Positions 1 through 11,520 of a DNA stretch of 64,000 nt are shown here, piece after piece. The position numbers and the translations under genes were made by a program. Origin of the DNA: Gnetum montanum (Eukaryota; Plantae; Gnetophyta). The notes under the pieces were generated by a model. That model did not search any database, was not told the origin of the DNA, and worked only from the letters and a program-made list of their open reading frames with translations. The stretch spans positions 62,001-126,000 of the forward strand of contig MNCI01003135.1 in NCBI GenBank assembly GCA_015680685.1, given 5' to 3'. Position 1 is the first letter of the stretch; every line of letters starts with the position of its first letter.

Positions 1-59
1 CTATACCCTATAAGATGTAGTGGTTGACTAGAGATTTCTCTCAAGAGGTGAGGAAATAA

Positions 60-2990
60 TGTCCTTTGAAATTTAAAATTAGAAGTTTTCATGATGTTGT
101 AAAGTATGATCTGCTTTCAATACATTGTGTTGATGTAATTCTTGATAGCCCTTGGAATTTTAACAATGATTCTTAGTTTGATAAAGAAAGAAATGTATGG
201 AGTGTAGCTAGAACTAATGGAATCCTTGAGTTGATTTCCATGATGGCTAAATAAACAAGGTAGAAAAGCATACTTAATACTTCCTTAATCATTTTAGAAG
301 AGAATGAATACATTAAGAAACATGATGGAATAGGTTTCTGATTCATTTTTTTATCAATAGTTGCTCTAACCATGATGATGTGCAAGTTAAACTTCCAACA
401 AGTGTGCTAGAATTAAAGAATAAATTTTTCATGGTGTTCAAGGGGGGATTAGATGGACTACCACCAATGAAAAATTTACAACTTTAGATTGATTTCATCC
501 CTATTGCTACCATTCCAAATAAGAGAGCTTACTATATTGTACCAAATCATAGAGTAGAATTACAAAAGCAAGTAGAAGAGTTGCTTATAAATGGCTTTGT
601 GAGGGAATCCATTTTACCTTGTGCAATTCCAATGGTGCTAGTTCCAATGAAGGGCAATGGTGAATGAAGGATATACATTGATTTGAGAATTATGAATACA
701 ATAAGAGTGAGGTATAAGATTCCTATTCCAAGTGATGGATGATATCCTTAATTTCCTTATCAATGTAGAGATTTTTAGAAAAACTGATTTGAAGAGTAGT
801 TACTATCAAATTAGAATTAGGCTTGGTGATGAATGGAAGAAAAATTTTAAGACACTGGATGGATTGCTTAAGTGATTGGTGATGCAATTTGGACCCACAA
901 ATGCACCTACTACATTCATGAGGTTAATGCATAATGTATTGAAGAAGTTAATAAGTAAGTGTTGTATCATCCTTTTTAAGATTTTTGATGTATAGCTCTA
1001 ATGAGAAAGAGAACTTGGATCACTTGTAGGTAGTGTGTCTTCAATTAGAGGAGGCTTAGCTAGTTATCAATGTAAAGAAAAGTCATTTCTTCAAAAGGAA
1101 AATCATATATTTTTGTCATCTGATTTCTAAAAACCAAATTCAAATGAAAGATACCAAGGTGAAAGCTATTAGGGATTGGCCAACTCCTAAGAACAGTGAG
1201 GTAAGATCATTCCTTAGTTTAGCATGTTTTTATAGATGATTCATCAAAAACTTCAATGATATTTCTTGAATTATATTTTCTTTGTTGAATAAAAATAAAT
1301 ATTTTAGGTAGGATAATGAATCCCAATGGAGCTCTGACTTTTTCAAAGAAATAATTACCAATGAACTACTGCTTGTGATTCCATATTCCTAGAAGCTTTT
1401 TCAGGATGAGATCGATGCAAGTGGACTTACTATTGGTGGGTTACTTTGACAAGAAGGTAGGCCTATTACTTTCTTTTCTGAATAGTTGAATAAGTTAAGG
1501 CAAAAATATGTTGTATATGAGAAGCACTTGTACACTATTCTTTAGGAAATCAACAATTGGAGGAGTTGTTGCCCAAGGAGTTTACTTTGATGATAGATCA
1601 TAAAACACTACAATTTCTAAACTCTCAAAGGATTTGAATATAAAGCACATGAAGTTAGTTGAACAATTATAGAAGTTTAGTAATGTGTTGAATTGTCCAA
1701 GGTGCATATGATGAATTTCAGTGTACCTTATTTAAAAGGTATGGATGACTTTACTGATTTGTACAAGCATGATGCTAATTTTGGGTAGGTTTTCAGGAGC
1801 CTAAAAGAGCCATTATTGAGTAGGATAGACCATTAGAGGGAATATCATATTCAAGATGAATTATTATTTAAAAATGGAAAGGTATTTGTTTCTAACAATG
1901 ATTTTAGGAAAAAGATTATGTTTGAAAAGCATTATAGTATCATGGAAGGTTATATGAGTAGGGATAAAATATTGGAAATTATGGGTATACACTATTATTT
2001 GCATTGTATAGCAACTAAAGTTTTAGAATTTGTGAAGGAGTGTTTAACTTGTTAGAAGTTTAAAGAAGGTAAAGAAGTAGATGGAAATTACATGCCTTTG
2101 CCAATTCTCAAGGGTCCATGGGAAAGTGTGTCTATGGATTTTGTAAGTGGTATTCAAAAAATCAAGAGTGGAAATGATATAATTTTTGTTGTTGTTGATA
2201 GTTTCTCCAAGATGTCATACTTCATTCAATGTAAAAAGATCAGTAATGCTTCTCATGTGGCAAATTTATTTTTCTAGCCTATTGTGAAGTTGCATGAAAT
2301 TCCTTTGAATATCGTTATTGATAGAGACTCCAAGTTTACAAGTCATTTTTGAAGGTTTTGTTGGACAATTTTAGGAACAAAATTGAATTTTTGTACTGGA
2401 TATCACCCATAATTTGATGGTTAAATGGAGATGGTGAATAAATCCTTGCTGAATATATTAAGATGATTGTATGATGGAAAGCCTAATAGCTAGGAAAACT
2501 TGTTGTGTCATGCTAAGTTTTTATACAATAATGCTTTTCATGTTGCCATTGACAAAAGCCCACTTGAGGTGAATTATGATTTTTTTCCTATGATGGTGAG
2601 CACATTGAAAGGCTTTGATGGTGAGGCTCAACTTACTACTGATTTTGCATAAGAGATGAGGGATCTCCATGTATAAGTAAAATCAAATCTTGAGAAGAAG
2701 GCAGAAGAGAGATCCATCAAAAGGAATGAGGGTAAATAGAAATCAAATTTTTCTATCTATAACTTAGTTTGGGTGCACTTGAAGAAGAAGTAGTTGAGAG
2801 GTGCCAACTTCTCTAAGTTGAAAGACAAGAAGATGGGGCCTTTCAAAATTAAGGTTAAGATTAATGATAATGCTTTCGAAATGGATTTACCAAAAGATGA
2901 TGGTATGTCTTTTATGTTAAATATTTCATATCTTTTGTACTATAATGGACCATTCTATGAGGAGACCATATACGTAGAAAAATGGAGAAG
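60..2990 (+). pseudogene. Degenerate Ty3/gypsy pol (protease-RT-RNase H-integrase), CRM-like chromovirus; no LTRs visible
   Basis: Translation through stops and frameshifts gives ELQKQVEELL.NGFVRESILPCAIPMVLVP (RT N-terminus), EIDASGLTIGGLL (RH), MPLPILKGPWESVSMDFVSG...IFVVVDSFSKMSYFI (integrase; ORF 2092-2277) and SKLKDKKMGPFKIKVKINDNAFEMDLP (GPY/F region; ORF 2794-3015), as in CRM-clade elements. Confidence 0.85.
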
Positions 2991-5900
2991 GAAAAAAACA
3001 TTTTTATTTGAATAGTTTCAATGAAATCTTAACAAAATAAAACTACTTGTTTGCTATTATTACCCATATTTGCAATGTATAATTAGTAAATCACAAACAA
3101 AATCTTATGATGTGAGAGTTAAAATAGGTAGATGATTCAAATTCCCTGTGGAAAAAATTTTATTGATTTTGCAATACTACTAGTATTGAAGATGAATACC
3201 ACGTTACCTACAATGTGCTACATTTTAACATATTGGCATAAGTGAAATATTATAATTGCAAAATTGGTTGATTTCTTTCAAATGTTACTAGAACACTCCG
3301 TAATTTTCTTAAAGATGTTTTCAAAACTAGTAAACATTTCTACTATTTAATAGATTTAGAGGGATTTTTCAGGTGGAGTTTTACACTTTAGTATAACTCA
3401 TTAGAATCTATCATACATAGCTATACTTGAAAAATTAAATGATTGATTTTCAATAGGAATAAAAATTATGTTAATAATATTACTTGATAACTAAGAAACA
3501 ACTACAATAAAAGTAAAACATTGAGAAAATAGTTTCCATGTATTAGTCACAATTATGTTATCTTTATTGAAATTCAACATTATGAATGAAAAAATAAANT
3601 GTTATCTTTATTGAAATTCAACATTATGAATGAAAAAATAAACTTTCATCTTAATAGTAATAATGAATTTAAATAATAGAATCTATTATTTTAAAAAACA
3701 TTATCATTTACATATGAGAAAAATTATATTGAGTATAGTTGTGGTAAAATTATATTGAAATACTCATTCATGATTATCATGTGCTACTATGCACATATCT
3801 ACTCTAGTTTATACAAATGACACTTTAGAATCATAGCATATTATAATTGGAAAAGAATTATAACAATATTTACTAAGAAAAAGTAATGGTCTTTATTAGT
3901 TATTAATTATAACAACATTTATTTAGAGTAATAGTAAGGCACTTGTTTTTCAAGTTTAACATGTGGGTTTGAACCTAGATGTAACCATTTGAAAAAGTTA
4001 GGCTTTCGATCTTTCATGGATGAGCATTGAAGCTCCAAGTGATGATCTTTAAAAGAAGAGTTCTAGTAACAAATATAGGAAAATGAAACTTCAGCTTGTT
4101 TTATTAATTTTTTTAACTTGTTTCTTCTTTATATCTTATTCAACCTCTTAGTCTTTATGGTGAGAAAAGCCTCTTAAACTTTACCTATGACAAATAATGA
4201 GAGTTTCTTTGATATAGATGGAAAATACTATCTTTTCCACTATTTTGTTTCCACTCTCATTTACAAGTATAATTTTTGTTTTAGAAAAATGAGCATTGAA
4301 CTTCTAAGTGATGATCATTAAAAGAATGAGGCCGGCTTACAAATATAGAAAACACAAAACTTAAACTAATTTTGTAAAAGAGTTTATGTGTTTAAACCAC
4401 ATAGGTACACCTTGTGTTTTTTTTTTTTAATCTTAATTTTACAATAATACTAGTTGAATGGCTTCATTCATCATAGCCACTCATCTTCAAATCTTTTCTC
4501 ATGGAAGAAATAAAGATACCAAATGATATAAGTTAATTTAAATTAAAGAGAATGATTTTGGGTAGAATATTTTGAAAATAAAGTTGAAATCTTTTACCCT
4601 ACATCAAAGTTACCTTTTAGATTTCTTTTTACCTTACAGGTACATTGAAGGTTGTTTCTTCAAGAAGTTTTTCCTTTGCGGGTACGATTCGTTTTAAATC
4701 CTTGTAATTTTTTAATCTTGCAAATAGTAATCATCGTCCTTTCTAGATACCGCAATTTGACAATTTGACAATTCTTTGAAAAGTCAAAAAAGATATGGCA
4801 CTCTGCTGTCCTAATAGGCTTTAAGAAGCCTTCTGTCTAAGGTTTGTTACGTAAGTTTTTACCCAAAAATTACGAAACTCAAGTTTATTTGGTTAAAAAG
4901 ACTAATGGATTTTTGTTTGGTTTCTGTCAAAGCATTGGCAAAATCACTCGGTTGGTGTTTCCGAAAAGGCAACTGGATCCAACAAAGAGTTGGAACGTGT
5001 TTGACCATCACAGAATTATCAACCACTTGATCCATTCCACTTGCATTACGTTTTTATTCCCATCAACATTGCTATTCAAAATTACATTGTAGTGCTCTTT
5101 GACTCTAATAATTATTTCGGGTACTCCACCCCATGATCCCAGTACTCCACCCCAGGATCCCAACCAACTTGCAGTATATACTGTATTTTGTTGAAAAAGT
5201 TTTTTTTTTCCCTCCTATTTTAAGCCACAATTAACGAGATAAATGCAGTGATCTGTGGAAATCCACGTGGAAAATCTTAGAAATATCGATAAAACTATGC
5301 TTTACAAGTGATTCAGATCAGCAGTAACATGGAATATTAAGAATCCTGATTCTGAGTATTGATAGTAGTTGCAAAAAATTAGGTTGAATGGCAATGAAAT
5401 TATTATAAATAAAAATATAATGCTAGATTGCCAAAGAAATCTTGCTCCGAAAAATATTAAAAGTAATAATTATGTTTTAAAAATAAAATTAATCGCTAAG
5501 CAACTTATATCATTGTTTGCATCTATTAAAATTCTTAGTTTAGTGATAAGAATCTTCCCCTTGACAGCGTTCATCGACATATGGACCAAATGAGTTTTTT
5601 TACGGTCAAAATCGAACACAAGAAGTATTTTCCTACATACGCGACCTGTTCTTTTGGGGAGCACGAATGAGTAGTCCTTTTAGGATAAGGATCAAATGAT
5701 TAGTTTTAGAGAATGCAATCTGTAATAAAAGAGCAAGAATATTATCAAGAACTTCGTTTTGGTAAATTAATATACAAGCGCCAATACATTACCATCCGCG
5801 TACCTCATACTGATAATGTAATAGATGATTGGAATAGAAATTTTAAAACACCTATAGAAAAGCAGAACATCTGAAATCCCATATCAGGCATGAGTTATTA

Positions 5901-6075
5901 GTGTAGAAAAGAGGCAGNNNNNNNNNNNNNNNNNNNNNNNNNNNNNNNNNNNNNNNNNNNNNNNNNNNNNNNNNNNNNNNNNNNNNNNNNNNNNNNNNNN
6001 NNNNNNNNNNNNNNNNNNNNNNNNNNNNNNNNNNNNNNNNNNNNNNNNNNNNNNNNNNNNNNNNNNNCGTTCAAA

Positions 6076-6077
<2 letters not shown>

Positions 6078-6113
<36 letters not shown>
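6078..6113. repeat. (CAG)12 microsatellite next to an assembly gap
   Basis: Twelve perfect CAG units. The sequence before the gap also ends in gcag (5914-5917), so the tract may be longer. Confidence 0.95.
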
Positions 6114-6115
<2 letters not shown>

Positions 6116-6791
6116 ACGAACATTAGGCAAACAGTCACTTTGTAAACACCTATGCATCAAAAGAATCCGATTCGTGGAAGGGAGGAATCGAAGATTCCTC
6201 ATTCTGAACGTGTTTGGGTACCTATGCCTCAAGGAAATGTGGGGACGGGTTTGTAGCCGGGGGCATGATAGAGAAAATTTAAATATATTAGTTTTTTTTT
6301 TAAAATTAAATCTCATATATCATAAAAAACATTGTACAATATAGAACAAGTACAATGTAAATTCAAAATATTGTTAATGCTTAAAAATTGCATAAAAGAT
6401 TGCAATGAAACATTAAGTATTGAGTTTCATGTGTGTTATAAAATATTTTAGCATTATCATATATATATATNNNNNNNNNNNNNNNNNNNNNNNNNNNNNN
6501 NNNNNNNNNNNNNNNNNNNNNNNNNNNNNNNNNNNNNNNNNNNNNNNNNNNNNNNNNNNNNNNNNNNNNNNNNNNNNNNNNNNNNNNNNNNNNNNNNNNN
6601 NNNNNNNNNNNNNNNNNNNNNNNNNNNNNNNNNNNNNNNNNNNNNNNNNNNNNNNNNNNNNNNNNNNNNNNNNNNNNNNNNNNNNNNNNNNNNNNNNNNN
6701 NNNNNNNNNNNNNNNNNNNNNNNNNNNNNNNNNNNNNNNNNNNNNNNNNNNNNNNNNNNNNNNNNNNNNNNNNNNNNNNNNNNNNNNNNNN

Positions 6792-8641
6792 GATCCAATG
6801 AATGAAAGAATATGTTGACCAATTTCTTTCAGTAGCAGAAGAAGATGCAACCTACATAAATGATAAAAACAAGAATATGCTTTTGCATTTTTAAAAGATT
6901 CATTTTATAAATTATTCAAAACTTCATCAATAAACAAACTCATTTGAAGCTTCAAACCTAAGAGCCTACTAATCATGGTGTTTAGAGAATGCATAATAAT
7001 ATATAAAACATCACTATTTTAAGTTTTCAAACATCACATTTTATAAACTAATTAAGAAAATTAATACATATTAATATTTGTTATATGTTTAATGAAAAAT
7101 TGATTATATTACTTGAGAAAGAAGCTTCATTGCTAAAGTTTGAAGTCTAGGAGTATCTCCACCATGCAAACTCCATCATCCAGTTGGATCTTCTTGACCT
7201 ATTCCATCCATATCAAGTATAGCATCTTCATATTTAAATTCTTTTGTATGTTCTTTAGTAAATTGAAGCGATTCCTTTCTAATTAAGCTAGCCTCACAAG
7301 GTGAATATAACTATTTAACATATTCTTAAAAACTTGTTCTTATCTCAAAATCATCACAAGGCCTTGTTGGATTTTTATCTCTATGTTTAGAAGAATACCA
7401 CTTAATATTTAATGCATATGAAGCCATATGCAATGGGGTATTAGTAGCATTCCATCTTTTTAGAATCAATGGAAGTAACTAAGCATTATAAAAGTCAAGA
7501 GAGCTATCCATTTCTATAACCCCTTTTTTAATTTCTGTTAATGTATTTTCATAAATTACATAAATTTCTCCTAATGCAGATGTATCTGTATCAACATAAC
7601 AAATGAAATCAACAATAGGTTGCAGCATACTAACAATCCTCCTACAATATAACAAATACTTATTTTTAATAAGATATAAAGATGCAAACAATAAAAAATA
7701 AAGAATTATATTTCAAATAAATTATTTTTTACTTCGTTTGTTTCCACCACTCATCTAATAAAATCTTTCCTCTAACACTCTTTCCCATAGTTGTGTTGGC
7801 TTCCTCCTAATTCTTCCATTTACTAGTTATAACTATTATTTGTAATGATTCTTGTATCTCTTGCATTCTCTTCAACATTATGAAATATGAACCATATCTA
7901 TTTCACAAAATTTATAATTAGTTTATCATTAATAAATCAAATTCCTTAAAAACACACAATATAGATTTTTGTATTCTATTACCTTATGTCTATAGGGTTT
8001 TTGACAGTCTTATTTTTTCTACATTCCCTGAACAAGGAATTTGAATAATGATGATTACAAATGAAAATTTGTATGTCTCTTGCATCTCTAATAAGCTTTT
8101 TCACCTAATCAATTTTACCAATATCATGAAGTGTATTATTTAGAGAATGAACACAACAAGGAGTCCAAAATATATCTGGATAAATCATTTCTGTCATTTT
8201 TTTTTGCACGCCTACAAATAGGAACTGAATTTGTTATAATTTGAATAATGTTGCTTGAATCAATAGTTGCAATTGCTGTCTCTAATAATTTGTCTTGAAA
8301 ATTAACATCTTTTATATGATTAGAGTAGTTTGTAGCATTAAGAAAAAATGGTCCAAGTTGACAACTAATTATAATATTAATTATCAGTCTATCCATCCAT
8401 TATAATAGAACAACCACTTTGTTACCAAAATTGTTTTCATTCTTCCAACTTTTTCATGCGAAGTTCATACCTTTCATCAAGAAGATCATTTCAAATTTTA
8501 TCTTTAGTTGGAGGGATATAAGTTGGACCTACCATATAAAAATATTAGTTTTACTAATAATTTTAAATAAAAAATGATAATTTAAAATTAAAAATATTAC
8601 ATGTTTGAATGTAGGAGTATGTGCAAGTTTGAATGGTAATT
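6792..8641 (-). pseudogene. hAT-superfamily transposase (DUF659 plus C-terminal dimerisation domain), intron-containing and degenerate; 5' part cut by element A
   Basis: Minus-strand exons read LPFKLAHTPTFKH (8601-8641), GPTYIPPTKDKI*NDLLDE, GCSIIMDG*TD, LINIIISCQLGPFFLNA, W.LHGGDTPRLQTLAMKLLSQ (ends about 7112) and VASSSATERNWSTYSFIH (6792-6851). GT-AG introns lie at about 8529-8600, 7644-7732 and 6852-7111. Confidence 0.85.
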
Positions 8642-9402
8642 TGATGAGACCTGAATTGCTCATAGTGTTGATAGTCGTGATATCAGAGCCCTGTTGTATC
8701 AGTCGCCGTGATATCACCACCCTATTGTATTAGTTGTCGTGATATCACCACCCTGTTGTATCAGAGTCGTGATATCGCGTACGCGATATCGCNNNNNNNN
8801 NNNNNNNNNNNNNNNNNNNNNNNNNNNNNNNNNNNNNNNNNNNNNNNNNNNNNNNNNNNNNNNNNNNNNNNNNNNNNCCTTAAACTCCTAGAAGCGGAAC
8901 GAGTACGACTTGATTACGAGCATTTAAGTGGGACTGCTTGGTAGCCCAGTAGTGTAGCTAGGGGGATCTAGGCTTGGTAACCCAGTGGCGTATTTGCGGT
9001 CTACGCTTGGTAATCCTAGTGGCGTACCTAGGCCTATGCTTGGTAGTCCCAGTGGCAGTCGTGCACGAAGTCCAAGATGTGTACGGTTGATCAAGGAATC
9101 GGTTGCTCATCACACTTAGGCTAGATTAGACTTCTTACCCTTTTCCTCTTAGCTTGGATTTAGTTAAATATTATTTTCCACTGCCATCAGGAGTAGTGTT
9201 AGAATTAGAACACATCATACACCTCATCTAGACTAAACCATACGTGACATATGCAAAACTAGTCTAGATGGGAAGATAGCGAACTGCGACCTAAGGTTAA
9301 CTATCTAGATGCCACAACTAGTCCATCTGCGGAGTTCGACCAGATCACACATGCGACGCTCATTTCGTATGGTTGAGTGTAGGGGTATCTCGCCACTCAT
9401 CA
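8642..9402 (+). repeat. 5' LTR of element A (contains N gap 8793-8877)
   Basis: TGATGAG...CTCATCA termini; matches 14020-14402 with mainly C/T and G/A differences; four roughly 30-bp GATATC-containing subrepeats in U3. Confidence 0.9.
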
Positions 9403-9403
9403 T

Positions 9404-9422
9404 TGGCGTCGTTGCCGGGGAT
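9404..9422 (+). promoter_or_regulatory. Primer-binding site complementary to the tRNA-Asp 3' end (Athila type)
   Basis: TGGCGTCGTTGCCGGGGAT one base after the LTR end; one mismatch to TGGCGCCGTTGCCGGGGAT. Confidence 0.9.
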
Positions 9423-9537
9423 GGTGCTAGTTATCTAGATTAGTTATATCATACAAGGTCGTTGTAAAGAACTTAACGATATATCTTTTAGAAAAGAAGA
9501 ATAAAAAAAAAAGTCACATCCAAATTCACACACAATC

Positions 9538-11520
9538 ATGCCTCTCCTATAAGATGATAATCATGCCACACTTAGTGAGGAATTTCATTGGAGAACCAAT
9601 GAACCATATGATGATAAAGATTGGAGTACGCAATCTGAAGTGGGAGTTTCTTATAAACATGAACAACAACAACGTCACTACAACAAAAGAAAGCCTAACT
9701 TACCTGATGATGATGAATCCCCACTGGCCACTACAAGCTTCATGCAAATACAAGAGGCTGTTCAAATCTCAAGTAGGCATCGTAAAGAGAGCCATCTACC
9801 CAGGCTCGATTTAAACAACTTTCCCAAATTTTCAGGAGGCTATGACTTAGATCCGCATCAACATTTACTAGCCTTCTACGATGCCTGCACATGGAATAAC
9901 ATTGATAACAGTTGGCAAAAACTGAAGCTCTTTCCTATGACACTCGTTGACCAAGCTAAAGTATGGTATAGATCGTTAAAACCAAATTCAATACGACGCT
10001 GGTCAACAATGGTAGAGGTCTTTAACGAAAAATATCAAACCTACGCAAGAGTGTCAGCCTTGAGGAAACAAATCCAAGGATGGAAACAAGAAAAACATGA
10101 ACCCTTGGACATGGCCTTAGAAAGATATTATTCACTGTTAAACAACTGTCCAGGCCATGGGTTTTCCGAGGAAAGGCTAATGTACCATATCATTGATGGG
10201 CTACGTAATGAAACAAGAGAGACCTTAGGAACGTATGCCCGAGGTCAACTATACAACCTACGAACCCATCAAATCCAAGAGCTTATTAAGCGGGTAGCAA
10301 AAGAAGAAGGAGAAATAGCTACATGGGAGAGTGTTGAAAAACATCAACGGGACCAAAATATTAACTCAACAAAGGTCCATGATCATAACAAGGAGAGATC
10401 AACAAATTCCAAGGTGGAAACATCATCTTTGCCAATACAACAATTGTTAGAAGAAGCCGAGGCAAAGATCAATAAGATGTTGGAATGGATGAATCAAAAG
10501 TGTGGAGAATATGTCAACAACATTGGAGATAGAGTTTTCACAACCCAAGAAGCAGGACGAAATCATAGACATTCGGAGAAAAAGAATGAAGGGAATAAGC
10601 GCTCAACTGCCAATCCTACATATGAATGCAACATATGCCTGTACGATCACCCCAAAGGCCAATGCCCAGTCTTGTTACATCTACATGAGCATTGGGGAAA
10701 CACGTTACATCCAGAGTTCGTACAGAGATACTGTGTTCGACCACAGTGGCAACAATCCCAGTCGTGGGGGAATCCACCCTTAGACTGGAGGCACCCTTCA
10801 CATTTTCCGAATCCAAATGCTTATAACGTTCAGCATCCTATTTTTCCATTTGGGCCACCATACTCTATCTCACCGCAATACCATTCTCCACAACACTATT
10901 AACCCATGCCTCCAACACAACCACCACCTTGTGCACCTTATCCTCCTCCTAACTTTCAACATTCTTATCCTTTTCCTCCTTCCACAATGCCACCAACTGT
11001 TCCTAAGGTATTTGTAACACCAAAACCCATGAACAACACTTGTGGTACTGCTACTAATAGTAGTGAAGAGCCTCCTCAACATCAAAGGCGTCGTTTCTTC
11101 AAACACGGCCGTAGGAAGGGACAACATAACTCTGAGGCCACTACATCTTCCAACCCAGCATAGGTCCAACAATGTGGTGCACCCTTACCTTCGAACCCAG
11201 TGCCTCATGTAACCTCATCAGGGCCACCAACTAACACTCCAACAACCACAATGCCCAATGAACACAACCGTGGAAGGCATCAGCCCAATCCTCGCATATC
11301 ATCTAATGGTCCTAAACATCATAGTGGGTCAACTCATTATCAGGGAACTACATCGTATGAAGTGCCCCACTGTGTTTAATATAAAGTGTGTGAAATCTAA
11401 GGTGATAAGTATGGATCAGCTTCAATACTTCCAATATGCGAGGACCCTCATTTCCCATTTATTAATCCTTGCCAGACTCAACCGTTTAGTTACGGGGGAT
11501 ATCCCCCATTTCAATAACAA
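9538..11520 (+). pseudogene. gag: gag of element A (retrotransposon gag domain, CX2CX3HX4C knuckle, Pro-rich tail)
   Basis: ATG at 9538 is in frame with ORF 9640-10902 (FPKFSGGYDLDPHQHL, KLKLFPMTLVDQAKVWY, CNICLYDHPKGQC). The frame continues to about 11520, broken only by TAA/TAG stops explicable as C-to-T changes (9550, 10900, 11161, 11377, 11398). Confidence 0.9.

Noticed and set aside
3556-3642. Exact 43-bp tandem duplication
   Set aside because: Copies are separated by a single N (3599); typical unmerged contig overlap.
4020-4350. Two diverged copies of about 70 bp (TGAGCATTGAA...GTGATGATC) at about 4021 and 4290
   Set aside because: A real but short, diverged local duplication with no termini or function to support a call.
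5305-5360. Possible C/D snoRNA or miR172-like word (AGAATCCTGAT, CTGA boxes)
   Set aside because: No canonical C box, terminal stem or hairpin; the miR172 match stops after 11 nt.
5884-6850. Poly-Ala, poly-Cys and X-filled ORFs in the track
   Set aside because: Products of the CAG tract and N gaps; only 6792-6851 is coding (hAT exon).
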